From assembly GCA_030264375.1 (NCBI GenBank), contig JASCQW010000150.1, positions 21,652,780 to 21,716,779 of the forward strand: DNA of 64,000 bases, read 5' to 3'. The translations under genes were made by a program, and so were the position numbers. Below, piece after piece: positions 23,928-37,790 of this stretch. Below the pieces are notes generated by a model. The model saw nothing but the letters and a program-made list of their open reading frames with translations. It did not search any database and had not been told where the DNA came from. The DNA is from Carcharhinus longimanus (taxonomy: Eukaryota). Within the stretch, counting starts at the first letter, position 1, and each line of letters starts with the position of its first letter.

Positions 23928-23977
23928 AATCCCAGCCTAAGAAAGTACGGAAGGTACCTCCTGGCCTTCCATCTTCG
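23928..23977 (+). CDS. TCF3: E-protein exon (approx. exon 8): ESQPKKVRKVPPGLPSS (NLS)
   Basis: ttctag| acceptor, TCG|gtaagc donor; 50 nt, phase 1 to 0; invariant KKVRKVPPGLPSS motif. Confidence 0.97.
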
Positions 23978-24056
23978 GTAAGCACTTTGATTCTTGAAAA
24001 CAATCTTATTAAAATAATTGGCTGGAAGTTATTTAGCTAATTTATAAACATGAAAA

Positions 24057-24365
24057 GTTGCCAGACTGTTTGTCTAACATCCAGAACCAGCTGAACAGAT
24101 GTCTTTATCTAAATATTGGGAGGACCAACGCCATTGTCTTCAGTTATTGTCGCAAACTCTTCCCTAGATACCATTCTATTCCTATCATAGGCAACCGTCT
24201 AAGGCTGAAATCAACTTTTTGCAACCTTGATGTCATTTGATCTGGAGGTGAGCTTCCAACCACACACCTGTGCCATTGCTATAATCACCAATTTCCACCA
24301 CTGTACCATTGCTTGATCCCTATCCCTGCCTGAACTTATCTGCTGCCAAAATCCACATCTGCTTT
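24057..24365 (+). mobile_element. L2-type LINE fragment
   Basis: CLSNIQNQLNRCLYLNIGRTNAIVF resembles the L2 RT C-terminus; same family at 34180-35115. Confidence 0.7.
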
Positions 24366-24799
24366 TGCTCAAGATCTGGGAGAGGGAGCTGCAAAACACT
24401 GGGGCATGCCCCCTGAGAGGGTGGGAGGGGGTGCAACCAACTTCAAATAGGCAGAGTGAGGACAAAGAGCATGTGCCATCTGAAAGCTAGGAGAATGACT
24501 GTCTATTCAGTGCACCAGGTTCCAGGGTGAGTATGAAGAAGCCCCAGCTTCCAAATCTCCTCTTCTATGGGATTCCAGTTCTCTCTCAATTTCTATTGGC
24601 TTATTGTAATAAATGATCTTGAGGTACTCAAAAATCCAAACAACTAGAAGCACTAACGGGCCATTTCAGCACTGAAGTCCACATCAGCCAAGCTCCTTGG
24701 ACTCACTTTACCTTTTATGGTTTTTAATTTATCCTGACTTGTCTTTTTCTTCAAACCTGTAACCTTGAAGGGAACCAAAAAAATACTGCAGCATCTTAA

Positions 24800-25780
24800 A
24801 TTAATTCTATGGAGTGTGGGTATCACTGGCTAGGTCAGCATTTATTCTCCATCTCTAATTACCCTTGAGATGGTGATGTAATGTTTTCTTGAACCACTGC
24901 AGACCATGTAGTGTAGATACATTCACAATGCCATTAGAAACGGGTCTCAGGATTTTGATCTAGTGATAGTGATGTAATAGCAATGTAATTACAAGTCTGA
25001 ATGCTGTGTGGTTGGAGGGAAACCTGAAGGTAGTGGCATCCCCAGCTTCTTGCGTCCTTGTCCCTCTTGGTGATAGAGATTCCAGGATTGAAAGGTGCAA
25101 CTGAAGGAGCCTTGGTGAGTAGGTGGTACACAGTGTCATTGTGCATTATGGTGGAGGCAGTGAATGTTTCAGGAGATGGATCGGGTGCCAATCAAACAGG
25201 CTGCTATGTCCTATATTGAGCTGCTTGAGTGTTGTTGAAACTGCTCATCTAGGCAAGTGGAGATTATTCCATCACACTTATGGCATGTGGACAGGCTTTG
25301 GGAAGCTGCAGAATTCCTAGCCTGACCTTTTGTAACCACAGTATTTATACTGCTCGTCCAGTTCACTTTCTGGTTAATGGTAATCCCCAGGGTAATTCAG
25401 TAATAATGCAATGAATATCATGGGGAGATAGTTAGATAATGTTTTGTTGGAGATGGTCAGTTCCTGGCACTTGTGTGGCACCAATGTTATTTGCCTGTTA
25501 TCAGCACAAGCCTGAATATTGTCCAGGTCTTGCTGCATGTGGCCACAAGCTACTTCAGTATGAGTCGCAAAAGGTGCTAACTTGCGCATCATCAGCAAAT
25601 ATCCCCATAAGGGCAGTCATTCTCATCTCACCTTGGATTCTGGTCTTTTGTCTGTATTTGGACCAAAACTGTAATCAGGTCAGGAGACTCCTGGTGACCT
25701 GATGAAATGCAAAGTTTGCTTTATTGAGTAAGTTTTTGCTGAGTAAATGCCTCTTCTTAGCATTGTTGACAACCTCTTCC
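24800..25780 (-). mobile_element. CR1-like LINE 3' fragment
   Basis: Minus ORF MQQDLDNIQACADNRQITLVPHKCQELTIS (post-YADD RT region); tail shared with 32520-32850, 46035 and 52715. Confidence 0.8.
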
Positions 25781-26639
25781 TAACTAATTTAGGCTGAAGA
25801 CCTGGATTTTAAAACTCTTGTAATAAATTGAGTTAAATGATAACTATCTAGGTAAAACTGGACAAATAATTAAAATTTGCTTCCATTCTCCTCACATTTT
25901 CCCTTTAGAAAACTAATTGTACTTTTAAAAAACCCTAATTTTTTAACCTATGTTATCCTATTTGGTAGATGTTTCCATTCATTACTTGTGATCCTAACTC
26001 AAGTTTTCTTCAAGTTTGCTTTAGTGCATTTCTATTTTAGGCCCTCTAATTCTTCATTCTTAGCATGCATGGCAGTAACAATCTGGGTACACCTTATCTA
26101 TAGTAATTAATATTCCATATACTTCAACGAGGCAGTCCCTTTCATTTCTTTCTAGACTATAAAGCATAAGCCTCTTTAATCTTTCCTCCTAACTTATTCA
26201 CTCTGACTTGGTCCATCAGTGGGTGAGCACAGATTTTGTATAGCATTTGGGATGAGCATGGTGGGCTTGCTTAAGAATTATAACTCTCGTCAGTTTTTCC
26301 CTTGCAATCAAATTGCTCCAGCAAAGATTAAGAATATGATAAATAATGAAACATAATAGAGAAAGTAGGAGATGTGGAAGCCAGATATTGGCAATAGTTG
26401 TGGCAGGTCAGAGTGGTGGTTCTGTGTATAAACTATTAGTGCAAAGTTTTGTGAGAAAATAAGTTGCCCTGTTTTCTTGCCATTATTATTTGAAATTTAT
26501 TTGATGTAGATTTTACAAGCATTGGGGGTGAGTTAAAGCAGGGGATGGAATAAAGGGCCCAGAAGCAGGAGATGCACCAGTTCCCATGATTTCTCACCCT
26601 GGCCCTGCATTTGTTACTTCTAGATTTGTTGATATTGAC

Positions 26640-27000
26640 TCTTAGTTAATTAATGTTTCAACTTTAAAATTCTTATTCATGTTTCGAATTGTTGCCCAAC
26701 CTCCCCAACCCGACAACCCCCTCCAATACCCCACACTTCCAATTCTATCTCCTTGGGCATCCCCAATTTTTAATGGCTCCACCATTGGTGGTTGTGCCTT
26801 TAGCCACTCTGGAATTCGCTTCCTTAACCCTCTCCTCCCCTCCTTCCTGTAGGATGCTCTTGAAAACCTATGTCTTTGACTAAACATTTGGTCATCACCC
26901 CTAATACCTTACGTTATTTGGGTCACATTTGAAAATGCTTTTGTGAATCATTTTGGAACATTTTACTATGTTGAAAGTGCGATACAACTGCAAGGTACTG
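26640..27000 (+). mobile_element. L2-type LINE 3' end
   Basis: tttaaaattcttatt...ttttactatgttgaaagtgcgata tail, homologous to 34750-35115. Confidence 0.7.
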
Positions 27001-28119
27001 TTTCAATAAAGCATAATGTTCAAAATAAGTCTGTTAACCTCCACATAGTTGTGGCTGCTGTGCTAAACATGGGCAACCTTGGTCAGAAGCCACAGGTGAT
27101 TGTGTGTAAAGTGGGAAAAACTCATGCTGATACATTGAGGGATGCCTTAAGATTAGTTTGGTGTTTGTTGAGAGAGAAGATAATGGAGTATTCTGAAAAA
27201 TTGAGAAAGATGGCTGCCTCTTAAGATGTGCGTGTGGGTATGTGTTCATTAAAACTCTGCTACCCTAAAATGTGGTTATTCAAGTGCACTCTTGGGAACT
27301 TAACTACCACTGATAGCAGCATTAGCTGTTTGACTCAGGAGGCAGACTCTCAACAACGGATTATGATTTGTATGTGTCCCAGGAGAGAAGTAAAGATTTT
27401 CTTGATATGCTGTTGTTTTCATGCCCCTAGGCGTGTTGAAACTGGGAATTCGATATGCTGAGTTTAACAATTACATTTTCTAGGCTATCTTGCATTTTAC
27501 TTTTATGTTGATTATAAGCAACATTGTTTGCCCAGGATGAAACAAAAATTGCATGTATTTCAAAATGAGTTGCAGGATCTCAGATTAAAATTTTGATCAT
27601 TGCTATAATGGAAAGTGTTGTCATGTTGGACCATGGAAATGGGCAGGCGAGCATTTCCAAACCCCATTATGGCAGACATTTTAAATAAATCAGCAGAGGT
27701 ATGTGGAATGATTATACAGCGTAATCATTCGTCCCAAGACTCTGCATTTGGAGGATGTGTTCAAATCCCACCATGGTAGTCCACTTTAAGATAATTGGCA
27801 AAAGAATTAGACACGGAGTACAATATGTTATGATTGAGGGTAGTACTGGGCGAAAGCCTGATTGACACAGGTTAATCAATTACTTCAGAAGGGAGTTGGA
27901 GAAACACCTGAACAGGAACATTTTGCAGGGCTTTGGGGAAACGAGGGAGGAATGGGGCTAACAACTTTTCTAAAGATCTAGAACAAGCATATAGGTTAGT
28001 GTTCTTCCTCTGCCGTACTGTTGTACGATCAATGATTTTGTAGTAAACTCAGCTTTTAAGAATTAGAATTCAAATATGTTAGAATTTCATAACTAATTGG
28101 GACTTTTCTATTATCTATA

Positions 28120-28500
28120 TCAGCTCTGGTTTAGTGACAGCATTGTTGCTTGACTCAAAAGGTCAATAACTCCAAGACCTCCACACACAAATCAAAGCTG
28201 ATGCACCAGCACAATATTGACAGTGCTGCACTGTCAGGAGTGCCATCTTTCAGTTGAAACATTAAACCAAGACTTCCTTCTGCTCTCAGGTTGACGTAAA
28301 GATCCCCAGCACTATTTTGAAAAAGGGTTGGGGAGTTACCCTGATCGATGTTTATCCCTCAGTGAAAATCACAGTGGTCATTGTCACGTTGCTGTTGTAC
28401 ACAAATTGGCTGTTGCATTTCCTACACTGCAGTGCTTCAGAAATACTTCCTTGGTTGTATAATGGTGGTGAAAGGTGCTATATAATTGCAAACCTCTGCT
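28120..28500 (+). mobile_element. DeuSINE (SacSINE1/AmnSINE1-related)
   Basis: ggagtgccatctttcagttgaaacattaaaccaaga...gacgtaaagatcccc.gcactatt Deu-domain-like core. Confidence 0.75.
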
Positions 28501-29654
28501 TGCTTGCAAAGACTACATTTGCTTTAAGTGAGAAGCCACAATGAAGAATCAAGGCCTCATCCATAGGAAACTTATCTTTTTTTAAAAAACTGATTAGCTG
28601 ACTGCTCAAAAGGCTAAAGATTGCAGGAAAGAGGAAAATCTGAGGGAGATTTGGAATGCCTCAGTGACATGGTTGGGCAGAGGAATCAGTTTTGATTTCA
28701 GCACCATAGCAGGTATGGAGAGGAGCAAGATGAAATGATTTGGGAACCAATTGAAAGAAAGAAGGAATAACTGAAGGATGATGCATGAATTCATAATTAG
28801 TGTTTTGAAAAAAAACTTGCAAGAAGTAGAGTACAGTATCAAAAGAATAACAAAGAAACTAAGTGAAATATGAATTGCCTTGCCTATCAGAGGGTTAGCC
28901 ATTTCTTCCTTTTTTTTCTCTCTAGGTTATAGAAGACCATGCCTAAATGTGCTCTTATTTACTGGAGAGTTTAAAAGTTAACGGAACTAGCTTTACGTTC
29001 AGATAACAATGACAATGTTTGACCTATTATTGTTTTAATTTCATTCATAATGTTAAGTCATTATTTTCCATTTGGTCCGGCAACTTTGAAGTGACTACTT
29101 TTTGCCATCAGATTTGTGGTACATTCTACTGGTTGAAAGTATTTATGGAGTTATTCAATGTTAATCTGGTATTCACAGATTTTAAGAAAGGTATGCTCCT
29201 TTTTTTTGGTTTCTGCTATCTATATTCGCAAATAAATACCAATAAAACGCCTACATAGAAAGAAGGCAGTATCCCAGCCTGTGAGAAAGCAGAAGATAAC
29301 TAGCAATTTTTCTGAAGCAGTTGTCCATTATTGCAATTCGAATGAATAATAGAATTTGTGCACATAGCTGGATAATGGAGCATGTTGTGCATTAAGATGT
29401 TTTTGGCAGCTAGCGTTTATCTTTTAATTTGCCTTGTCCCATTTAACATTTTTCTTCAGGCTCATTACTTTCCATCCCAAGGTGATGATCCTATGAAAAA
29501 TGAAATAATCAGTACCATTTTCAAGAATTGTTGCAGATTTTTAGTTTATCATGCTAAACACCATTTCCTCAATTGGTTATATCTGGGCAAATTAAACATT
29601 GAATTTAATTTGAAGGATCACTGGTATCCCGTTGTGCAAATGACGGTCAAAGTT

Positions 29655-29915
29655 GAAAAAACGGATAAACCTTTTAGAACTGAGGTAAGGAGAAATCTCA
29701 CCGAGAGAGAGGTGAATCAGTAGAGTTCCCCACCACAAATTAATTGAGGTCAAAATGCTGTAGATATAGCTCTTGGGACTGAAGGGATCAGTGGATATGG
29801 GGGGAAGACAGGATTAGGATATTGAATTTGATGATCAGCCATGGTCAAGATGAATGGCAGAGCAGGCTCGAAGGGCCAAATGGTGTACTTCTGCTTCCAG
29901 TTTCTGTTGCTATGT
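29655..29915 (+). mobile_element. CR1 (HER1-like) LINE 3' end
   Basis: KPFRTEVRRN at the ORF2 end; tail gatgatcagccatg...gcaggctcgaagggccaaatgg. Confidence 0.8.
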
Positions 29916-32519
29916 AAATGCAGTAGCATTATCAGTAGCCGTAGCTTGGGTTAGGGAGAGAAGAAAAACATAATAGTTTGTGCTTAAAGTGCAGTAGAGT
30001 TGATCGACTGGATCCAATCGAGGCCATCTCACCTGCCTCATAGTTACCAAAGAAGGTGTGATGCATGCAAGAGTTGGGCACATTTCACATTTAGGCACCT
30101 GTTTTGTTTACACAATCTGTACCACTGGAAGATGTTCCTAAAATAATTCCATCGTGTTAAATTGTGTTTAAGGAATTTATTAATTCTGCTTAAACATTGC
30201 AAAGGAAAGTATTGATCCTTTGCTTGTTAGAACAAAACAAAATAATATACAGTAATGTACACTATCCTTAGCCAGTTATAAGGATAAATTGATATTCCCA
30301 CCTCCAAGTATGGCCAGTTAAACTTTACAGGCCAAAGAAGAGACTGAAGCATGCACATGGAGTTCAAGTACCCAACTGAACTAGTTTATTCTACTTTTGT
30401 TTATATACATGTACAAATGGCCACAAGAGGATGCTATTATACCATTAAGCCTGTCTTAATTGCCAGAGCCAGAGTTTTACTACAACTCCTGCCTGGCATG
30501 ATAGTATGGAAGTGAATGGTAACTTAAATGGTCCAGCCCAGTGCTGGGGGTGACATGTCATGGTGGAGCCTTAAAACCCTGGTCCAAGTGTCTACGTGCA
30601 AGTCTTTATTCTTTTTGTCTTTATTTTCAAATGGGATGGATTAATAGCAGTTATACAAGCAATAGGTTAGGATTTGGGAATGATTAAAGTTAGCTTAGTT
30701 CCTAAATTTTCTGATATTATGCCTGCATTACTCAGTAAAATTCTGAGGACAGCATTATTGTTCTGTGGTTCTTTTTGGACTTACTAGTTGTGTTTAATGT
30801 TCATAAACTGAGGATATATAAACAGGGCTCCCCTTCAAACAAAGTAATGTAGTTTGTGAAATTCACACCTAAGATTCAATGCAAATTAAGTGTGGCTGAA
30901 GTGTGTTTAACTTGAACATTGCCACAATTAATTCCTTTAGGATGTGATTGAGCTAAATTAGTTTCCACTCAAGAATTTGTGTTTTGCAGTTCTGCATTCA
31001 AATCATGGTGCAAAAGCCCATCTGTAAATCATACCTTTAGTCAGCCAATCTGAACTACTTAGCATTAGAAGTTCCATTTTCAGCTGATCCAGCATTCAAT
31101 GTGGGCTTTGTTTACGGCAGCCAAGTGGCGACGCTGATGCCTTTGGGGACGACGTTTCTATTTTTTCCCTTGTAAGAACCCAACTGGGTGTTTACATTAT
31201 AACTGGATGAAATGACAATTAAGGTGGACTGACGTGTAGTTACAGTTCAAGTATTGTTTTATGCAGTTCTCTAGCGACACAAGTCAAGTAGGGTAGAAGC
31301 AAGATTATCTTTCATTATCAGTCCCTGGTGAGTAAATTAACGTGACATTCAAAACTGAAGCACACTGGTGCTTCGAATACATACAGTATTTATCACCACT
31401 CTGGCTTTTTGTGTTAAAGGTAGTGTCACATTTCTGATCTATTAGCTTGAAATATTATGCCTGAGTTGAGTGCTGTTGGAAATCTGAAAAGTGCTGAAAG
31501 TTTACATCCGTATGGAGGAGTTTGTCTTGTTTATTAGGAATCTACTGCCTTGCTGCCATTACTTGGCCAAGTATTATTTTCAAACTTTTCTGCCCGTGTT
31601 GCCCTGCAAATATTGACTCATTTTCAGAGATCTCTGAAAAGCAGTGTTGTCACTATAGAAAGCATTTTTGTTCATAGTTTTTTCCCATGGCACTGGTCAA
31701 AGCCAAATGTACTTAGCAAATAAATTGAAGTTGGAGTTGGGTATAACTGCGCTTGAGCAGGCAAACATTGGCATTGGCAAGTGAGAAATAACTGAATCAG
31801 TGAAGGCAAACCAGTTTGGCCTCAAGTCCTGCATTCAGTGTTTCTACTTGGATAATTGGATCTGGTTTGCTATGCTATGGTTAACTAGTGAAAATCTGCA
31901 ACTCAAAAAACCGAGCAATAGAATTAGACGGAAAGTGCATTCATGCAGTATGAACTGAGGAGCTAGGGATGCAGGACTGCGGTGTAGGGCACAATTATAG
32001 CATGACAAGTCTACCCTGGTAGTTTCTACAGGATTTGAAATATGGACATACAAGCTTGTATGCAATGGAAAGCGTTGATGCAGATATGACAAACAACCAA
32101 CTAGAAATAAGATTTCATCAGCAAAAAGTCTATATGATTGCAGGTTTTTTTGTATGTTAATACTGTAGGAGATGTGCAGAATTCAATAGTGTGAACATAG
32201 ATACAATGACCTCACTGACTCCAGATTTAATTGTAGGTTTTTAAATAGTGCAAAACTGGGTGCTCAGCTCCAAGTATCAATCTTGTACACAGATTTGTTC
32301 AGCCTCTAAACTGCAAATCAACCAAGTCACCATTAGTTTATCTATCTTTGTAGCTGCAGATGTATTTTTAGCTTTTTCTATTCTGTTAGATTGGGGGTTT
32401 TTTTTTGCAAAATGCTACTCTGAAGCACCAGATATTTGTCCTGCAGCAAGCTGCAATGTGTATTTTCAATATTTAAATTTGAAGTTATCAACTACCTCAA
32501 ACATTCCATTGCTACATCT

Positions 32520-32850
32520 CTGACACACCAGTGGCAGTTGTGTACTATCTGCAAAGTACACTTCAGTTCTCCAAGGTTTGTTTGACAACATCTCCTAAAC
32601 ATGTGACCTCGACCACCAAAACGGAGGGGGGCAGCAGTGGCATGGGACTACTGCTACCTGTAGGTTTCCCCCTTAAGTCAAAAATCATTCTGACATGGGA
32701 ATATATTCTTTTATCGTTGCTGGGCCAAAATTCTGCAACTCTCCCAGCAGCACTGAGGGTGTATATTCACCACCCTTTTCAGCGTTAGTTAAGAGATGGA
32801 CAAGAACTTTTGGCCTTTTCAGCCATATCCATAGCTAATGGAGGAATTAA
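32520..32850 (+). mobile_element. CR1-like LINE 3' fragment
   Basis: Same family as 24800-25780, opposite strand. Confidence 0.6.
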
Positions 32851-33140
32851 AAAATAATTGTTTAAACATTTTTAATCCTTTTGTCCCATTCCTGCACCTT
32901 AAGTACTGTATCATCCTCCTCCAAGGTACCACTTACTATCTTTAGGTTGGACTAGCTGAATATCAAGTTGACCCTAAAACCTGTGCTTTGCTTTTTTAAA
33001 GTTCGTGGATTGTTGTGTTGCATTTTTGATCTGCTGTTACATAGATGGATAATGCAATTTCATTTCTCAGCTGTTTTAAACCCATGTATATTTTGGGTAA
33101 TTGAAAGTGCACAAATTGGCCCTAACATCCTGTTCAAATA

Positions 33141-33360
33141 TGGGTGGCATAGTGGTTACCACTACATCGCCCAAGTTTGGTTCCTGGCTGGATCGCTGTC
33201 TGTGAAGTCTGCACATTCTCCCTGTGACCTCATGTGTTTCCTCTGGGTGCTCTGGTTACCCCCTTCAGTCCGCAAGGTGTGCTGGTTAGGTGCATTGGCC
33301 AGACTAAATTCTCCTTCACTGTACCCAAACAGGCACTGGAATGTGGTGACTAGGGGATTA
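33141..33360 (+). mobile_element. V-SINE (alternative-tail subfamily)
   Basis: gggtggcatagtggtt A-box, V core, aaattctcc.tca.tgtaccc tail as at 4684-4875. Confidence 0.75.
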
Positions 33361-34179
33361 ATTCTTCTCTTGTGCTTGATTGGGGTGGGTGTAATTTAAT
33401 GGAACCTGGGAAGTAACTTCTGCAAGATAAGCATGTTTGTGGGAACAGAGAATCTGTAGAAATCCATTTTGTGATCTTGTCATGAGTTTCTCAGCAGTTT
33501 GCATGAGATTTTTCTCTCAATTTCTGAACTTAATTTTTGTTCTCTCGTTTGCTGCCTCTGTTGGAAAGTAGAAGATAGAATTTATAGAAAAAATTGAGCA
33601 CTTTTAATTGAAGCCTTTTACATAATTTTGCTGTTGAGTTGCAAGGTGATAATTTTCTGGCCTCGTCAGGTTTATTTAGAATCTGATGCACACATACCTC
33701 CTGCCCAGCTGTGTTTAAAACTGGTAAGGTGCCAGAAACGGACAGATGGCATAGTTATTAGATGTGCATCATTCAATTCCCTTCCTGATGCTTGCTGTTT
33801 AATCAGATTATAAAAAAAAGTCAATTTTACTAGATTCATATTCGACTCAGTAACCTGTTCCATTTTTCTCAGTTGTAAATGGAAAGATTTAGATTTAGAA
33901 AAGGTGTATTGTAGTAGAAAAATAATTTGCATCTGACTTCTAGTTATGCATTATTGCCTGCAACACTGAAGTATTTTATGAATGATAGGTAATTACTTCA
34001 AAATATTTGTGCTCATCCATCCATAGAATTTTGGTCCTTTGGGAATAGAATATTTTCCATTTTGAGAATCTGCTGTTGTATTACTAGAATCAAATAACTT
34101 TTAATTTTTAGTTTGTATCTTTTCTATCTAATCCTAGCCAGGGAATCTGCAATGGTGGCTTCTCTTCCCATTCTTGCAC

Positions 34180-35115
34180 ATTAACCCTGATGTCCCCCCA
34201 AAGATCTATCTCAGCCCTTTCCCATTGCTTTTCTGCAAGCAATCCCTTGAAGACACAGCAGCAGTTTCCATATCTATATTGATGGCACCCACCTGTACCT
34301 CAGCACCACCTCCATCAACCCCTTCGCTGTCTGTGTGCTTGCCTAACATCCAGTACAAGATGAGCAGAAATTTTCTCCAATTAAATATTGGGCAGATAAA
34401 GCTCAGTCCACTTCAAAATTTTGTCCCATAGTCATCAATTCCATTCTTTCCTCTGACCACTGGATGAGGCTGAGCCACACTGGCTGCAGCTTTGATGTCA
34501 CGTTTGGCCCCAAAACAAGCTTCTGACTACACATGTGCCAAATCTAAGACTGTATTTTCTCCCCCTTAACATTGCCTAACTTCATCCCTTTGTTAATACA
34601 TTCCCAGTCAGCCCCCCTCATTTTACTGCATGTAAACTTGACCCCACCCAAACTTCTGCCTTTACCCTAGCTTGTACCAAAGTCCAGTGCGCTAATTCAG
34701 TTTTTCCCCCACTGACCTACATTGGCTTCCACTTAATCTGTGCCTCACTTTTTTCATTCTCATCCTTGTTTTTAAATCTATCCATGACATTGCCAGTCCT
34801 ATGTATTTGTATTCCATTCCCACAATCCTCTTATTATCTGTATTACTCTAAATTCTGACTCCTTGAGCATTCCTGATTTTAGTTGTTTCTGCATTGACTA
34901 TGCCTCCAGCTGCCAAGGCCCAAAGATTTGGAATTTCTTTCCTTCCTTCTTCCTTTACCTCTACCTTGCTTTCCTCCTTTATGACATAACCTTAAAAGCT
35001 ACCACTTCAACCAAGCTTTTGGTCATCTGTCCTAATATCAAGTTGTGTGCTTTGGTTCAGAATGCTCCTGTGAACTACTTTTTGGATGGCTTATGCCAAG
35101 GATACTAAATAAATA
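34180..35115 (+). mobile_element. L2-type LINE 3' portion, decayed
   Basis: CLPNIQYKMSRNFLQLNIG motif followed by a typical L2 3' region. Confidence 0.8.
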
Positions 35116-35339
35116 CTTGTCCGATTTTGCAATAATAAGCTAATGGCATTAATCTTGAGCCTCTTAAGTAATGTAATTGTTGCACTTTTTAATATTTGTA
35201 AAAATTTAATTCAAAGCAACTTGTGTAAAATGCCCGCCTACAAAGGTGCTATTCGTGGTACCCTCCTACTTGACTTCTTGCCTTTACATGCTGAGGGGCA
35301 TATCTTTTTAAAACTAACTTTTGTAGCATTCACTAAACA

Positions 35340-36000
35340 AATCATAGAAATTACAATATAGTAGGCCATCATGCATGTGTTGGTTCCTTCTTATTGAAGG
35401 GTGCCATTGTCTGGATTCTTTTATAATTTGCATATGTTTATCCATTTCCCTTCAGTTATATTATCTAGCTCAAATGTCATTTTGTGAAAAAACATTGGAT
35501 TTTATTAAGCCTCCTGTGGAAGAAAGGACTATCTCCCATCTTAATTGATTCTTCCAATCGGAGTCTCCCCTTATTAGGTCACTAATCAGTGGTAGCAATC
35601 CATCAATTTATACCCCCCTTTTTAAAAAGAGTACTTTTACAGATTTGAAAACGATCACTGTTCCCTTTGCCTCTCCCAGATTATTGAAAAGGCCCCAAAT
35701 TTTTAAGCTGTTCATATTGATGAATGCTCAATTTCCTGTATTATTTCAGTGAATGTGGCTGAAGACTTTCTTTTGACTTCCGGTACCTGAAACTGCATGT
35801 TATATTCCAGCTGTGATCTAATCAATAGTTTTGTACAATTGTTATATTTTCCATTCAAGTCCCATGTATGAAATCTAGAATATATAATTTGCTTATTCTT
35901 TGTGAGCTCCCATTTTTGATGATCATTATTCCTACTCAGAGATTTCTCTTCCCTTTCATGTTTAAGAATCTTGATGTTTAAGGTATACTGCTTTTTTTAC
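35340..36000 (-). mobile_element. Highly decayed CR1 fragment
   Basis: Begins with a catagaaattacaa...aggccat tail; residual similarity to 12310-13100. Confidence 0.45.
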
Positions 36001-36239
36001 AAAATGACTTAATCAGCTACACCTGCCATCTGACTGCTCTCTGTTAGCTTGTCTGCGCCCTTCAATCTCCTGCCTGTTTATTTTTTTACTGCATTCAAGG
36101 GAGGTGCAAACATTTAGCTGCGTCCCAACAAAAGTGATTAGGGAGAAGATCAGAGAAAGATTAGAACAAACAATGTTTTCTTGTCCTGCGAAATGGCATC
36201 TGAGATCCATACAGGTCAGCCTTAGCAACACCTTTTATT

Positions 36240-37790
36240 CGGAGAAAGTGACTGAGTCAAGCGGCCAAGTTTAGCCAGGCAGAGGACTGCGATGGTCTAT
36301 GATGGCTGGCTGGACCTCCTTTTAGGAAAGAAAAGTGGGGACTTTGGACTGTGCCGGTCGGAGATGGAACTGTGGACAGATTACATAATGAGAAAGGAAC
36401 TGTTAGTGCCAGAAAACTAGAAACAAAGTGGGGAAAGTCTTGGATGTAATTGGTGAGAAACTGAATGGAGAAGTAATAGTCGAGGCAGGAAGAAATTGGT
36501 TCTGTGGGGGCAAGGACAGGCTGAAGAGGAAAAGATGGGTCTAGAAGAGTAGTTCTGTTTGTAAAACTTGGAAAGATCATGAAAGTGAACTTAGTAGATT
36601 TGGGTACTGGAAATTGGATGCTGTGGAAGGGGAGATAGGAGGAAAGAGAACATAGAACACTACAGCACAAACAGGCCCTTCGGCCCATGAGTTGCACCGA
36701 TCACATCAACACCTACCAATCTATAGACCTATCTATAACCCCCAATCCCATTAAACCCCATATACNNNNNNNNNNNNNNNNNNNNNNNNNNNNNNNNNNN
36801 NNNNNNNNNNNNNNNNNNNNNNNNNNNNNNNNNNNNNNNNNNNNNNNNNNNNNNNNNNNNNNNNNCTTCTCATGACCCCTTCTGGCTCTCCTAATTTCCC
36901 TTTTAAGCTCCTTTCTACAGTCCTTATACTCCTCAAGATCCTGAACCTTTTGTACACCTTCCTTTTCCTCCTGAAATGTCAGAGTTGACGTTCAGCTTCT
37001 GCAAACTAAAGGTCAGTTAACTAAACAACAGCAGCAGCACCACCTAATCAGATTGGACCTGAGAAACAGAGTCTTGCTAATTAGGAGGAAGGTAAGGTAG
37101 AGTAGAGCAGAACAATTAAACCAGCCTGGCGCACCAGCCCTCAGTGAAAAGATTTCAAATGGGCATAAGTCAGAGGGAGGAATCCAGGTGAAGCAAGAAT
37201 TCTGAAGATCAGAGAAAGGGCCTGCTGTGTGGGACGGATTCATAGCCAAAGACACAAACTTGAAGGTGACTGAAGAAGAGCTCATTGTCATACCCAGTTT
37301 AAAATTTATTGAGATGGGAGTGTAAGACTGAGTGCTCAAATTTTCAGTCAAATGAATTAGTAAACACAGGATCCTTCCCCATCCAAATTATAACTCTTGA
37401 AGCATATACTGTGAAGCTTTTAAACATTTATTTAAAAACCTTCTCTTGATCAAGGTTGAAATCATCACCAGCCTTGATAACTGTGGGTCCACCTGGTGAT
37501 GATTCCTCTGCTCTTGATGCTCCCCATGCACACTCCCCTCCAGGGTGAGACAGGATGTCCATATTGCTCTGCACATAATCCGCAATTCCCTCCCAAATCC
37601 CGCCAAACCCATCTTTAACCATTGCTCATGGACGCTCTTCCCCCACCCCCCAAGAAAGTCTTTACAAACTTGCTAGGATCAATACTTATCGGGAGAGTAA
37701 AAACAGGGGCAGAGAGTGAGTTTAGAACAAGAGATTGGGTCAGAAGGAAGAGATGGGGAAGATGGACTTGTAGGATGATGGTATTAAAAT
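36240..37790 (-). mobile_element. Decayed Penelope RT fragments, interrupted by a CR1 3' end at about 36645-36960
   Basis: Minus strand gives frameshifted V(Q/C)SL..SIP..DG...FFL...RLA-like RT motifs; inserted gaacatagaacactacagcacaaacaggcccttcggccc CR1 tail. Confidence 0.65.
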
